Notes: generated by a model from the sequence alone, not told the origin. 63,422 nt of DNA, filler included, from Octopus bimaculoides (GCF_001194135.2; 7 parts of 7 records of this genome joined end to end with filler, not necessarily neighbours in it); one strand, 5' to 3'; counted from the whole stretch's first letter, positions 13,399 to 27,150 are shown. Translations and numbers: made by a program.

Positions 13399-14190
13399 AA
13401 TGTATATACACACACGCACCCAAACACACGTATATATATGTATATCAATATAAATATATGAAAGTCAATGAAGTTTCGTAAAAGAAGGTGATCATGTACA
13501 TACTTTCTTGCTGTTGTGATTATAACACCTCATTGTAAACTATGTTCCTTGNNNNNNNNNNNNNNNNNNNNNNNNNNNNNNNNNNNNNNNNNNNNNNNNN
13601 NNNNNNNNNNNNNNNNNNNNNNNNNNNNNNNNNNNNNNNNNNNNNNNNNNNNNNNNNNNNNNNNNNNNNNNNNNNNNNNNNNNNNNNNNNNNNNNNNNNN
13701 NNNNNNNNNNNNNNNNNNNNNNNNNNNNNNNNNNNNNNNNNNNNNNNNNNNNNNNNNNNNNNNNNNNNNNNNNNNNNNNNNNNNNNNNNNNNNNNNNNNN
13801 NNNNNNNNNNNNNNNNNNNNNNNNNNNNNNNNNNNNNNNNNNNNNNNNNNNNNNNNNNNNNNNNNNNNNNNNNNNNNNNNNNNNNNNNNNNNNNNNNNNN
13901 NNNNNNNNNNNNNNNNNNNNNNNNNNNNNNNNNNNNNNNNNNNNNNNNNNNNNNNNNNNNNNNNNNNNNNNNNNNNNNNNNNNNNNNNNNNNNNNNNNNN
14001 NNNNNNNNNNNNNNNNNNNNNNNNNNNNNNNNNNNNNNNNNNNNNNNNNNNNNNNNNNNNNNNNNNNNNNNNNNNNNNNNNNNNNNNNNNNNNNNNNNNN
14101 NNNNNNNNNNNNNNNNNNNNNNNNNNNNNNNNNNNNNNNNNNNNNNNNNNNNNNNNNNNNNNNNNNNNNNNNNNNNNNNNNNNNNNNNNN

Positions 14191-14267
14191 GGTTGCGTAG
14201 TTCTCGAGTTTTAGGGATTCACACAGACAGACAGACAGACACACATTCTCATTTTTATATATATAGA
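14191..14267 (-). mobile_element. Helitron 5' end running into an N gap
   Basis: A|TCTATATATATAAAAATGAGAATGTGTGTCTGTCTGTCTG... is a typical Helitron 5' terminus with an internal (GTCT)n. Confidence 0.7.
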
Positions 14268-14929
14268 TATATATATATATACACACGCATACACACACCA
14301 CATATATATATGTATGTGTGTTTGTATCTATGTATTATTTATGTATGTACGCATGTATGTATGCATGTATGCATGTATGTATGTATGTATGTATGCATGT
14401 ATGCATGTATGTATGTATATCTTTTGTTTTCCTTGAGACAGTTATTCGACTGCATTCATGATGCGACACCATTTTGTGAAGTTTTAAGTCAAATAAATTT
14501 ACCCCAGTAATTTTTCTTTAGCCTGCTTCTTATTCTATCGGATGTCTTTTCCCGAACCGCTACATAATAGGGACAAACACAGATACAAAGAGAGAAAGAG
14601 GGAGTGAATGAAGGAAATAAGGAAATAAAATCCTTTCGGATTGATATACAAAATATATATCCTTGTATAGATATTAACAGAGAGAAAGCAAAGATTGCAA
14701 ATGTTCCACTCATAGCTTTGTCTTTATCTCCATGTTTCCATGGATTTCTGTTGCAGCCACTTTTTACCCCTGGAACTTGGTCGTCGGTAAAGCTTTCGGA
14801 GTGTAAGTTGAATCTGTTTGGCAGCTGTTCAGTGTTTTCTAGATTGAGAAGCTTATGAGATCATGTGTTGAATCTCTTTGTCTGGCTGTATCTCTGTCTC
14901 TCTCTCTCTCACTCTCTCTCTCTCTTTTT

Positions 14930-14982
<53 letters not shown>

Positions 14983-15163
14983 GTATATATATATATGTGT
15001 GTGTATGTGTGTGTGNNNNNNNNNNNNNNNNNNNNNNNNNNNNNNNNNNNNNNNNNNNNNNNNNNNNNNNNNNNNNNNNNNNNNNNNNNNNNNNNNNNNN
15101 NNNNNNNNNNNNNNNNNNNNNNNNNNNNNNNNNNNNNNNNNNNNNNNNNNNNNNNNNNNNNNN

Positions 15164-15211
<48 letters not shown>

Positions 15212-16622
15212 AGTGTATCTGTGTGTATAGATAGCTAGATACATACATACATACATACATACATGCATACATACTATATACGCATACATACAAACCTGTG
15301 CTTTAATAGAAGACACTTTTCCAAGGATAGAGGCAATGTGATTGAACCCACGATCACATGGGTGGGAAACAAGTGTCTTAACCACGCAGCCATGCTAGCG
15401 CCTGTTTTGTATATTTAATATTAAATCTTAAAATTTTAAACTTTTAAGAAGTTTAAAGAATAGGATTATCATAGCTGTAAATCGGGATTATCATAGCTGC
15501 AATACTGTATTATCATCTCTATTACGACGAAAAGTAAATTCAACATATAAAGGGCAATAACTCTTGTAGAATAAGAAATATTACCTCCCTTTCCATTGTT
15601 AATTAAATTCCTTCTTTGAGACTGAAACAGAGAGAAAGACAGAGAGTGGGAGTGAGAGACAAAGAGAGAGGGAGGAGAAAGAGAGAGTTTAGGACAATGA
15701 AAGAGAGAGAGGGACGGATAGGGATAGAGAGAGAAAGAGCTAGACAGACAGACAGTCAGGAAGAGTGAGAGGAGGAGAGACAGGGGTGAGAGACAGACAG
15801 AGACAAAAAAAGTGAGAGAGAGAGAGAAAGACAGAGAGAAAGACAGAGGTAGACAAGAGAGAGAGAGAGATTAGCATTTTTGTAGTTTCATCTTATGAAA
15901 ATAGCAAGTCAGGGGCAGGTTTTAGTTCTTCCGTCGCTGTCAACGATGACGATTGTATGGGTGAAGGAGTTGGGTAAAGGTGTGTCCACCAGTGGCCGTC
16001 CCGTCCGATGCATTCTCGGAAGTCTCCGCCAGAGGTCGGGCAATGGTAGTCTGCTGAGTCTTAAAGCAAAGAGTTGTCTCTGGACCCGCATACTTCACGT
16101 CTTCTTTGCCCTGGGGTGCAAGATGTATTTGTTTTGGAGAGTACCTCTGTTAGGGGAATATGCAGTGCTCCTTGAAGTAGTCCGTCTGCTTTGGTCCTCC
16201 CGTGACTCCCACTTCTCACCTGTGGTTCATCAATGCTGTCTCCATGCAACAGCATCCATACCCAGGGCCACGGCTTCCACAGGCTGGCCAAACTATGGAA
16301 AGTGTAGCAAACGGTCTTTCACCATTAGTGAGCTAGGGTTTGTCTACCTAAAGATATACACCGGTGGCCTGTGCTGAGGAAACCACTAGACAGGCTCAAC
16401 GGACCAGCAAGTCTTATCAGCAAACTTTGTGGAGGGTGAACTGCGACCTGTATGTAGTTTACCTGACTTCATCCTTCCACTGGAATCACATAGGAAGGGA
16501 CGAGAGAGTGAGCCAGATGCTANNNNNNNNNNNNNNNNNNNNNNNNNNNNNNNNNNNNNNNNNNNNTTAATTAATTAANNNNNNNNNNNNNNNNNNNNNN
16601 NNNNNNNNNNNNNNNNNNNNNN

Positions 16623-16950
16623 CCTGAGCGTGACCGTTGCCAGTACCGCCTGACTGGCCTTGTAGGGTTTTCGAGCGAGATCGTTGCCAGTGCCCCTGGA
16701 TTGGCTCTTGTGCGGGTGGCACATAAAAGACACCATTTCGAGCGTGGCCGTTTTCGTGCAGGTGACACGTAAAAGCACCCACTACACTCTCTGAGTGGTT
16801 GGCGTTAGGAAGGGCACCCAGCTGTAGAAACTCTGCCAAATTAGATTGGAGCCTGGTGTAGCCATCCGGTTGCACCAGTCCTCAGTCAAATCGTCCAACC
16901 CATGCTAGCATGGAAAGCGGACGTTAAACGATGATGATGATGATGATGAT
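16623..16950 (+). mobile_element. RTE-clade LINE 3' UTR with (ATG)n tail
   Basis: GGTTGGCGTTAGGAAGGGCACCCAGCTGTAGAAAC...GGAAAGCGGACGTTAAACGATGATG; the same tail is attached to the RTE ORF at 61411-62345. Confidence 0.9.
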
Positions 16951-16954
16951 GATT

Positions 16955-17863
16955 CATTCATGTTTCAGATATCCCTATTTTCGTAACTTTTCCGTTCAGA
17001 TATAAATTTACAAACTTCTTTCAGATAAGCAGAGACAATCTGACAGTGAAGCCATACTCACACAGACACAAATTCACAGTGAAACGAAATTCATTGATAC
17101 ACCAACAAAAAGATGCCTTGCTCCGTATTCCTGTAATATAGCATCGGAATGTCAGCAGCAAAAACACTGACACCATTCAGCATTTGTACATTCATTTCAC
17201 TATTACTTACTGATACTCACACAGCATTTGTACTTTCATTTCACAACAACTTACTGATATTCCTCATCAAAGACGTTTCTCATTCCCTTAAGATATTCTT
17301 CTATGTGATATACCTATTTTCCTTGCATTACTGTAACATAGCAATCTGAATTTCATTTCACTATTATTTACTGATGTTTATTATCAAAAAATTCTCATAA
17401 AAAAGACCATCACAAAACGAACACCAAACAAATGCACGACATGCAGCAGAAAACGACAATGAGACACGTGTACGGCTTGCAGATCAGCAACAGAGAGAGA
17501 AAGTTCGATGTGCATCTGAAACCAAACATCAACGAAATGCACGACTTGCAGATAGCAAACAAAGAATGGCAGCTCAACGTGCAGCAGAAAATGAAGAGGA
17601 AAGACATGCACAACTTGCAGCTGATTGTCTTCAAAAAGCATCACATCATATGCAAGAAACAACAGAAGAGACTGCAAACAGACTTGCAGATGGCCGACAA
17701 AGAAGGATATTGATCTTTCTTTAACTTCAATTATAACATAGTTTTCTCTTCTAAAAATGCACACATACAGGAGGAGTAAATTATGCATAAAACAATACAT
17801 TCAATGTGGCTACTGATAAACAGTAAAAGTAATTACCCGATCAACGACGGGTTTTACTGCTAG
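16955..17863 (+). mobile_element. Internally deleted Helitron with RepHel N-terminal coiled-coil remnant
   Basis: 3' hairpin ACCCG/CGGGT (17835-17852), then CTAG (17860-17863) and T. Peptide RNARLADSKQRMAAQRAAENEEERHAQLAAD. The 5' end is not located. Confidence 0.7.
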
Positions 17864-18010
17864 TATATATATAAAAAAGTTCAAATAAAGGTTACAAAGC
17901 CAATAAAAATACTAGTTAGTTACCTATTTAAGAACTGTTGAATATTGTTGAACATTACAGTTAATATTCAACTGTCAGGTAACTAGATAAACCATGGTTT
18001 ATAAATACTT

Positions 18011-18291
18011 TAAGAAGATAAGAAAATAGAGAGATAATTAATAATTATTTATCAATTAAAAAATTAGACATCATCTCTGACAGCTGTTTCGATTCCAGAC
18101 CTTTAGAAATTAATTACAATAATTAAAACCATTTAAAAGTCAAATCTCATCAAAGTTGGCTAAAGATATACAATTAGGTGTTCATAAATTAATTGCTAAA
18201 GGTCTGGAATTGAAACAGCTGTCAGGGATGATGTCTAATTTTTTAATTAATAAATAACTATTAATTATCTCTCTACTTTCTTATCTTCTTA
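18011..18291. mobile_element. 281-bp foldback MITE with 105-bp terminal inverted repeats
   Basis: 18011-18115 vs reverse complement of 18187-18291: 6 mismatches in 105 by manual alignment. Confidence 0.9.
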
Positions 18292-18303
18292 TATATATAT
18301 ATA

Positions 18304-19543
18304 CAGGGTGTATCAATATTTGGAGGACATCACTTTAAATACCTCTTACTTTCTTATAACTAATTCTTTTCTAATTTCTTTTTCATGTTAATGACAAATG
18401 GCATGTAATTAACAAAGCAAATGAAAAGGCTGCAATCGTTGCCATAAAAGCTCAGCATAAAGATACAGAAATTGCTTGCTTCTTGAAAGTTGCTCGATCC
18501 TTTGTTGCCAAAGTTAGAGAAGACCTGGAAGCTGATGATGGGGATCCAACATTAGCAGCTAAACACAAAACACATGTAAAAGGTTCTAATAGCATAAGGA
18601 CCCGAGAATTCATGTACAAATTACAGGAAAAAATTCAACACATCCCTCGAAAATCGATCAGAGCCCTTGCAAAGGATTTCAAGGTTTCAGAATGCACCAT
18701 CAGAAGAGCTGCGAATGAAGATGTCCGTTACAAGTTGTATGTGATGCGAAGAGGTCAGTTCATATCAGGTACAATGAAAGATAATCAGTTGATCCATGGA
18801 AAGCGCTTGTTCTACAAATTGGAACATCAAGAAGCTGGAATGCTTTGGTTATTTTTCTCTGATGAGAACTTTGATCAAGACCAAAGGGTAAACCCAAGGA
18901 ATGAGAGATGGTTATGCAGAGATCCAAAGTGAGGTTCCAGTTGTAATGCAGACTAAGTTTCCAGCAACTGTGAGTCGTTAACAGTGAGGGTCATATCAGG
19001 CCACCCCACTTTTTTTCCCAGGGCTTAAGAGTCAATGCTGCTGCCTACACAGATGTATTGGAGAAGGTTGTGAAGGCCTGGATAGACAGTGTAAGCAATG
19101 GAAGATGTTACATCTTCCAACAAGATGCTGCACCACCTCATAAGCTTAAAATAACCTACGCATCGATGCACATCAATTTCCACGATCATGTTACTCCAGA
19201 CGCATGGCCTCCTAACTCACCCGACCTCAGTCCACGGGACTGTTATGTATGGGGCGTCATCGAAAGAAAGGTCAATCAACACTCTCATAAGATTATTCAA
19301 TCTCTGAAGTCTGCTATAACAAAAATTATGTCCAAAATTCCTAAATACCATCTGATTCATGCGTGTCAATGCTTCAGACACTGAACTGAAGCCATCGTTC
19401 AGGCTAATGGTGAATTTATTGAACAGAAATGTTGTAAGGACTCAAAATTATTTGTACCAATTTTCATTTAAAGTTTTTCTCTGATATGCTATACTTCTTT
19501 TTCTTCATTCCTACAAATGACCTCAAAATAATGATGCATCCTA
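18304..19543 (+). mobile_element. Complete decayed Tc1/mariner element, DD37D (maT-type)
   Basis: 27-bp TIRs (CAGGGTGTATCAATATTTGGAGGACAT; 21/27 match), left TA. FSDE, FQQDAAPPH...WPPNSPDLSPRD with 37 residues between the last two Asp. Confidence 0.9.
18483..19384 (+). pseudogene. DD37D transposase pseudogene
   Basis: HTH-like SIRALAKDFKVSECTIRR plus catalytic motifs, split by stops and frameshifts. Confidence 0.85.
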
Positions 19544-20227
19544 CATANNNNNNNNNNNNNNNNNNNNNNNNNNNNNNNNNNNNNNNNNNNNNNNNNNNNN
19601 NNNNNNNNNNNNNNNNNNNNNNNNNNNNNNNNNNNNNNNNNNNNNNNNNNNNNNNNNNNNNNNNNNNNNNNNNNNNNNNNNNNNNNNNNNNNNNNNNNNN
19701 NNNNNNNNNNNNNNNNNNNNNNNNNNNNNNNNNNNNNNNNNNNNNNNNNNNNNNNNNNNNNNNNNNNNNNNNNNNNNNNNNNNNNNNNNNNNNNNNNNNN
19801 NNNNNNNNNNNNNNNNNNNNNNNNNNNNNNNNNNNNNNNNNNNNNNNNNNNNNNNNNNNNNNNNNNNNNNNNNNNNNNNNNNNNNNNNNNNNNNNNNNNN
19901 NNNNNNNNNNNNNNNNNNNNNNNNNNNNNNNNNNNNNNNNNNNNNNNNNNNNNNNNNNNNNNNNNNNNNNNNNNNNNNNNNNNNNNNNNNNNNNNNNNNN
20001 NNNNNNNNNNNNNNNNNNNNNNNNNNNNNNNNNNNNNNNNNNNNNNNNNNNNNNNNNNNNNNNNNNNNNNNNNNNNNNNNNNNNNNNNNNNNNNNNNNNN
20101 NNNNNNNNNNNNNNNNNNNNNNNNNNNNNNNNNNNNNNNNNNNNNNNNNNNNNNNNNNNNNNNNNNNNNNNNNNNNNNNNNNNNNNNNNNNNNNNNNNNN
20201 NNNNNNNNNNNNNNNNNNNNNNNNNNN

Positions 20228-20260
<33 letters not shown>

Positions 20261-20634
20261 CACACACACACATATATACATACATATATATATATCTGTA
20301 TACATCAACACATGTATTGTAGTGTTTCATGACACTCTGTGCTTTGATTTCAAATCGCAATGTGGTGGATGGACAAAATTCCTGGATCGTTGGATAGGAT
20401 CTCTTGTGGTTTTATCTGTTCAACTTGTGCAGTCGAGATTCCAGTTCAGCCTCCTGTGACTGGAAGGAAATGTCTGAGATGCTTCTGCCCAGAGTCTTCT
20501 CAGGCAATATCAGCAACGGAGACTCCGATGGAATTAGATTTTCCTTGGTTCTGTCAGGAGATCAATTACAATGCAATAAATATAATATATGCTGTTTGTC
20601 TATACACATAGGAAAGAAATATCAGTGTGTGTAA

Positions 20635-20871
20635 ATACATCATCATCATCATCATCAGTCATCATCATCATCATCAGTCATCATCATCACCATCACCATC
20701 ATCCTCATCATTGTCGTCGTCATTATCATCATCATCATCATCACCATCACTATCATCAGTCACCATCATCACCATCATCATTAGTTATCATCATCATCAC
20801 CACCACCATCACCCTCCTCATCGTCATCTTCATCATCATCATCATCATCAGTCACCATCATCACCACCACT

Positions 20872-20902
<31 letters not shown>

Positions 20903-20924
20903 CCACCACCACCTCCACCACCAC

Positions 20925-20958
<34 letters not shown>

Positions 20959-21175
20959 GCCATCACCATCATCATCATCATTTAACATCTGTTGTCTATG
21001 CTGGCATTGGTCGGACAGTTTGAGAGGAGCTGGCTAACCAAAGAACTGCAATTTTTCTATGACTGGATGCCCTTCCTAATGCCAACCACTCTACTTTTTA
21101 CTTTTTACATGGCACCAACACCAGTACTTTACATGTGGCATCAGCACAGGTGCTTTCTACATGTCAAGGAATGAG
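20635..21175 (-). mobile_element. RTE 3' UTR fragment with a greatly expanded (ATC)n tail
   Basis: TTTAACATCTGTTGTCTATGCTGGCA...GGATGCCCTTCCTAATGCCAACCAC next to ~350 bp of imperfect (ATC)n. Confidence 0.8.
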
Positions 21176-21329
21176 AAAGAAATGCTCAATACATGTTGTA
21201 AACTCATAGCTTTTTTGTTTTAATTAAAACCTGAAACTGGGAGTCTGTCTCATGACCTGGGTTTCATGCTTGTTTGATCCTCAGGTGAAACTAACATGAC
21301 TTGGTGTTGATGGGGCATGTGTGTGTATA

Positions 21330-21790
21330 TATATGGCATAGGAGTAGTGGTATTGGCAGTTGCTTACTCTCCAACCACATGGTTCTGGGTTCAGTCCCAC
21401 TGCCTTGGGCTAGTGTCTTCTGCTATAGCCTCAGGCTGACCAAAGCCTTATGAGTGGATTTGGTAGACAGAAACTGAAAGAAGCCTTTCATACACATACA
21501 TACATACATACATATTTATATTTGAACTCAGAACACAATGACAGATGAAATATCACTAAGCATTTTGTCTGGCGCCAAAGAGAAAAGTATTAACAGTTCA
21601 TTGGAGCTGTCTCAGCTTATGCAACTTGTCTAAGGTGAGCTTTATATAAATAGGTGTAGGCATGGCTGTGTGTTTAAGAAGCTCACTTCCTGACCATGCA
21701 GACTTGGGTTCAGTCCTTGTGTGCAACACCTTAACTCCTGGCTACCCCAAAGCCTTGTGAGTGGACTTGATAGACAGAAACTAAAAAAGA
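21330..21790 (+). mobile_element. Cluster of SINE fragments (two type A heads, one reversed type B piece)
   Basis: GGGTTCAGTCCCACTG...GGATTTGGTAGACAGAAACTGAAAGAAGCC-like block twice. Confidence 0.75.
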
Positions 21791-21989
21791 TACGACTTAT
21801 ATAAATATATGTATGTGTGTGTGTATGTATGTGTGTACGTGTGTGTGTGTGTGTGTGTATCTATCTATCTATGCATGTATGTATGTATGTATGTATGTAC
21901 GTATATGTGCAGATTTGTATGTTTCGCTTTATGTACGTTTTCTCATGTGTGTAGTTGCATATTTAGATATGCTCATATATATTTGAATG

Positions 21990-22285
21990 GTAAACTTCTG
22001 GAAAGTTTCACAGATTTTTAAAGTTCCTGTGATGGATTGGATCTGTAGTCTTTCAATTATTTTTCTCCTTTCTGGTTTTGAGAAGCCTAATTTTCAAGAT
22101 TGGTATTTAGGCAGTGTGTTCCATATCCCAGGGCCCCAATAATTACAGGTATAAACCTGAACTTGTAATCTGGATCGAGTAACTTCAGATTTCTCAATAG
22201 TTCAGCGTAGATGTTCTCTTTTTCACTGATCTTCAGCTTTATGTTAACATCCGCTGGGCAGCTAATTTCCACAATTGTACATTAT
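21990..22285 (-). mobile_element. R4/Dong restriction-like endonuclease C-terminal fragment
   Basis: EISCPADVNIKLKISEKENIYAELLRNL...FRFIPVIIGALG...LQIQSITGT. Confidence 0.75.
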
Positions 22286-22334
22286 ATCATTATATCAGGA
22301 CCGTTGTGCTCGCATTTTATTGAAGTTTTCACTG

Positions 22335-22640
22335 TGTATGTATGTATGTATGTATGTATGTATGTATGCATGTATGTATGTATGTATGTATGTATGCATG
22401 TATGTATGTATGCATGTATGTATGTATGTATGTATGTATGCATGTATGTATGTATGTATGTATGTATGTATGTATGCATGTATGCATGTATGTATGTATG
22501 TATGTATGTATGTACGTACGTATATATGTATGTAGGTAGGTAGGTAAGTATGTATGTATGTATGTATGTATGTATGCATGTATGTATATCTGTATGCATG
22601 TATAAATGAATGTATGTATGTATGTATGTATGTATGTGTG
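22335..22640. repeat. (GTAT)n/(GCAT)n tetranucleotide microsatellite
   Basis: Direct reading. Confidence 0.95.
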
Positions 22641-23114
22641 TGTTTGTGTGTTTGTGTGTGACGTGATGATTATAAATGTGCGTCAACACCCTACAGGTGA
22701 CATTATTCATTTTCATTCGTCCATGAAAAACTTTTCTCGTCATGGGAAAATATTATCTTCTTTAGAAACAGGTGAGGGTTAGCAAGAGGAAAGGCATCCA
22801 CCTGTAGAAAATCTACTTCAAAAAATTCCCTCTGATCCATGCAAGCATAGAAAAGTGGACGTGGAATGATGCTGATGAAGATGGCATATACGCCCGATTC
22901 CTCCATCTCTCCTATCCTTATCACCCTGTTTGCACATTTTGGGACACTACTACTACTACTACTACTAACAATTTACTTGCAGAACATTGGTCAGCTTAGT
23001 GCTCTAGTAGAAGACTCTTGCTCAAGGCATTGTGTGACAAAAATGAACACAAAACCACATGTTTGGGAAATGAATTTCTTGCACAGCCATAGCTGTATCC
23101 ATGCCTTATATATA

Positions 23115-23238
<124 letters not shown>

Positions 23239-23879
23239 GAGAGAGAGGGAGAACAGCTGAAGTTTTTCCATTTGTACACTCTATTATGTATGATGACAAT
23301 TATCCATATATTTTTATTAATAAGCTAATTATTAATAATTGCCACAAGACATAATTAAGGAGGATGGAATTGGCTAACACCCAAATATTCAAATTTCCAT
23401 CTACCTCATAAGTGTTGTAGTAGCTGTTGCTATGACACTGTTGTTTAGACTTTATGAATGGGAGCCAAGAATTTACCAGTAAAAGAGAACACATTCTGAG
23501 TCAGTGCCATTCTGACTCTAGACAACCTCCATGCCAGGGCTACGGGACAGTCTTTTGTTTTGCTCCATCCAGGAAAGAACTTTTATCTAGCATCCCTAGA
23601 AACCTTTGCAAGGGTCTGTCGTTTCTATATTACTCTAATCTCAAATATATCAACCTGTAGACTGCCTTTTGTATGTATGTAAGATATTATACATAAGATG
23701 TTAAATGTAAGATGTTAAACGTAAGATGTATTACCATTTTTCTGAAATGTTATGCAGCCTTCCCCCCCCCCTATATATATTGATGTTTGCATTGAGATCT
23801 CTTCAGATGTATCTTAAAAATAGATGTGTTTTACTTTGACAAATACAACCATTAGACTTTCTCCTCTCTAACCATCTCA

Positions 23880-24520
23880 TGCACTTTGTGTTCACCCTTC
23901 TACATACAGGACCCAGTTCTAATATGGCTCTGACAGCCTTTAGGGATCATTGGGACATGCAAATCCAGTCTGACGTCCCAGTGACCACAGGTCATCCTCC
24001 CCACACTGCAACATCAAAGTGATGATGAGCCATGGGTCTACTTCGTGTTTAGCATCTCTGATTGTGAGTCTAGTGTTTCTTTGATCCAGAACTGGGACCC
24101 AAATGCATCATCAGAAATAGGTCTAAGCAATTTAGAGCCTATTTTTGAGCCGCATTATCAATTTTAAAGGCAGAGCAGATAGCGCCATAGTTTTTATTGT
24201 TTTCTAAGTGAGATAATTTCAGCCAATATGTCTGACAAGACTTGTTATATAACTTGATGTGAGAAAAATTTAATCTGTTTCCATCTTTTCAAAGACAGAT
24301 ATAAAATTTTTATCTTCACCTTCCTTTGGATTATTTCCTGAGGCAATGAAATGCTGTTGGTTTTTACAAATTCCTCCAATCAATATTTTTTTCTTGTAAA
24401 TGTGACAGGTCTATAAATTCTATCTGTTCATTTAGAGTTGAGGGTTGGTTTGTCTTTAGACAGTTGTTATAGGAATCGGCCACAGAATTTGGAATCACGT
24501 AAAATTGCTACTATTGGTGT
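23880..24520 (-). mobile_element. Possible very old CR1-like RT fragment
   Basis: Faint motifs only (YRPVT at about 24405-24420, QH nearby). Confidence 0.25.
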
Positions 24521-25399
24521 TGTTACTGGACTATCTTATAAATTATTTATTTAAGTATTCAATTAAATGTTCACCAAAGTGTTTATTTTCTTCCTCCTCT
24601 GCTACATTTAGTTACATGTTTTGATTTCGAGTTGTTTTTTTCTTTTTTTCAGCCATTGTTGTGTTTTGTCATGTAGCCATGCTCATGTGATAGCCATTTT
24701 GGATGTGAAAAAGTAATCTTCATAAATAAAATTTAAAATTTTGTGAAACAAACTTTTGTTTTCTCTTGTCCCAGGATTGAAGAGTAGTTCCTCCTTAGGC
24801 AATTATCTTTCTTTTACAAGTACTCCTGAGAAAATTTCATTTGGAAATGTTTCAAGTAAAACATGCTTTGAAGGGAAAATTAGAAAAGCAACTTCACAAT
24901 AAGAGACCGAACAATAATAAAAAGAAGAAGAACAACAACAGCTACAATGGTTTCTTTTATTGTTGAGAGGAGCATCAATGAAGAGGATATTACGGAAAGG
25001 TTACATAAAATATATATAAATAGAATGGGGGAAAAAAATAGAAAAATTCAATGAAATAAAAAGTATAGAAAAAAGTAGTAGTACAGCTGTACTTGTGTAG
25101 AAAGACATTCGACCAGGAATAGAATCTGCAATGGATTCATGATCATACTGACCACCAAACATAAACATCCTCTCCTTACATCAGCAAATGGCAACAAGAC
25201 TAAAGTCTGTTAGATTATACGTGTGTGTGTGTGTGTGTGTTTGCTATTTTTAATTATTTTAGATACCATTTCTGAGGAAGGAGCTGGTCCATAAAGATAC
25301 AAAGCTTCATCTTTGGAATAGAGATCACAAAAGCAATGTTTCGTTTTAAACTTGAGAAAAGTCTTGCATATTTTTACTGTTCCACTTACAGATTTTATC

Positions 25400-25600
25400 T
25401 GTAATGTGTGAGTTCGTTGGTTGATTTCTGTTCCTGAAAGCCTCAGCTTTTCCAGATTATCACTAAGGGATTTAGTTGCAAAATCAAATGCACCAAGTAT
25501 TACTGGTATGAATGTGAATTCATAATGTGGATATTGAAGCTGTGGGTTTTAATGCAGTTGTCTGTAGTTATTCTCTTTGATTTTCAAAGAGAAACCCACT
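25400..25600 (-). mobile_element. R4/Dong endonuclease C-terminal fragment
   Basis: YPHYEFTFIPVILGAF, paralogous to 21990-22285. Confidence 0.55.
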
Positions 25601-25774
25601 TCAACAGGGAAGTTGATTCCTATAATGGTACATCTAATGTGTATTCGAGAAATTTTGAGACTTTTTCAGGAAAGACATTTATTAATTTCAGAAAGTGCAA
25701 AACTCTAATCTCCTTCAAAGTAGGATTCTCTGACTTCATTGCACTTGTTGTAGCACTCCAACCACTTTGTTAAG

Positions 25775-26330
25775 GTCCCATAAAAGTCCTCCAATGTGAA
25801 GATGTCCAGCCAGGACCCTTGTCACAGCCTCCTCTTCATCTTCTCTTTCATCTTCGAAGAACAACCAAAAGTCACCGGGAGCAAGGTCTGGACTGTAGGG
25901 AGGGTGAGGGACAGTTTTGCTATCATCTCTGTCAAGTAGTTGGCTACTGAGATGGAATTGTGGACTGGAGCATTGTCCTGATGCATGTGCTCTGGCCTTT
26001 TGTGCAGAAATCTCTTCTTGAACTCTCTGAAAACCTGCACAAAGTACTCTTTGTTGACCATCTGACCAGATGTGAATGATACCTTTGCTGTTGATGAAGG
26101 GGATCATCTTCTACTGACCAGTGGACTTCCTCGTGCAAGGTAATCCAAAAGCAGTCTGGAGCATTTCATAATCTTCTGTCACGTTTTTGTCCAGTTTAAC
26201 ACAACACTTTTATTTTATAACGAGTTTCCAAATTGTTTTGACGTTCCGACTGCATTCTGAAAACCAGTCAGTTGCAGCAAGCAGTGTTTAGTAGGATGTG
26301 TTCAAATTGCCATTATATCCGTCTCCTTCA
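25775..26330 (-). mobile_element. Internally deleted mariner (DD34D-type) relic
   Basis: N-terminal CVKLDKNVTEDYEMLQTAFG joined to HQDNAPVHNS and HPPYSPDLAPGDFWLF. Confidence 0.8.
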
Positions 26331-26419
26331 AAATGGAATAAAATCTTGGCAGGTCAGCTTATTAGATGTATAGTAAGGCTATACTAAAATTACAATTATC
26401 TAGAATAGTTTTAGCTGCC

Positions 26420-27150
26420 TCATCTAAAAAATCTCAAAGCTTCTGCAATGCACCTTGTACTTTTCTTGTCTGTCCCAAGCAAATATATCTGGACTATTTT
26501 TGCTGACATTTTACAGAAGAATTGATGGGAATGTTCTACCAATATTTCTTGTGTTAATGTTTGTGAATGTATTCAATAACAGGAGGATTCCCAATATTTT
26601 TTATCCCAGGAAAGTCTTTTTTTTTTGAATGGCATTGTATTTTGTTTTAGCAACATGTTGCATTGGAACTTTGTACCTTAATAACTCTTTTGTGCAGCTG
26701 CTGATCTTGTGTGATGATGTCTTCCACAGAAATGTGACATAACCAACATGTTTGGTTGCATATTGTTCTTGGAATAGAATCATTTTTGTCTCTTTGACTG
26801 TTTCAAGCGAATTTCAATCTTGCTTCTTATCACTCAGTGATCACTACAGGACAGATTTCAAAACATTGAAGTAGTTAACAAAATTAATACCAAATGAATT
26901 CATTTTGAAAGCTTTCGTCTTTCTTTGAAATAATACAATCTAAATAATTGAAGGCTTTGATTCCGCCAGGTCCATTTCTGCTGTCCCTTCATTTTAAAGA
27001 TTGCACCAGGTCTTTTGTCTATTTTATAGTAGATCTTTTGTTTGACAAAATTACATACAGCCTTATCATCTTTCACCTTGCAAGAATTTTCCTTGCCAAT
27101 GCTCTTTTTTATGCCTCATCTATTCATTGAAGTTTCTCTTTGTGACAGTG
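26420..27150 (-). mobile_element. Highly degenerate R4-like RT fragment
   Basis: NGPGGI, SCTKELL...HVAKTK resemble early R4 RT motifs. Confidence 0.35.

Noticed and set aside
20290-20600. Coding exon in the unique island
   Set aside because: No frame has both splice sites and a recognisable motif.
25001-25206. Kelch-like or selenoprotein-like minus-strand exon (FSLVAIC*CKERMFMFGGQY... plus hydrophobic tail)
   Set aside because: In-frame TGA with no SECIS I can identify; the hydrophobic tail comes from A-rich low-complexity DNA; no partner exons.
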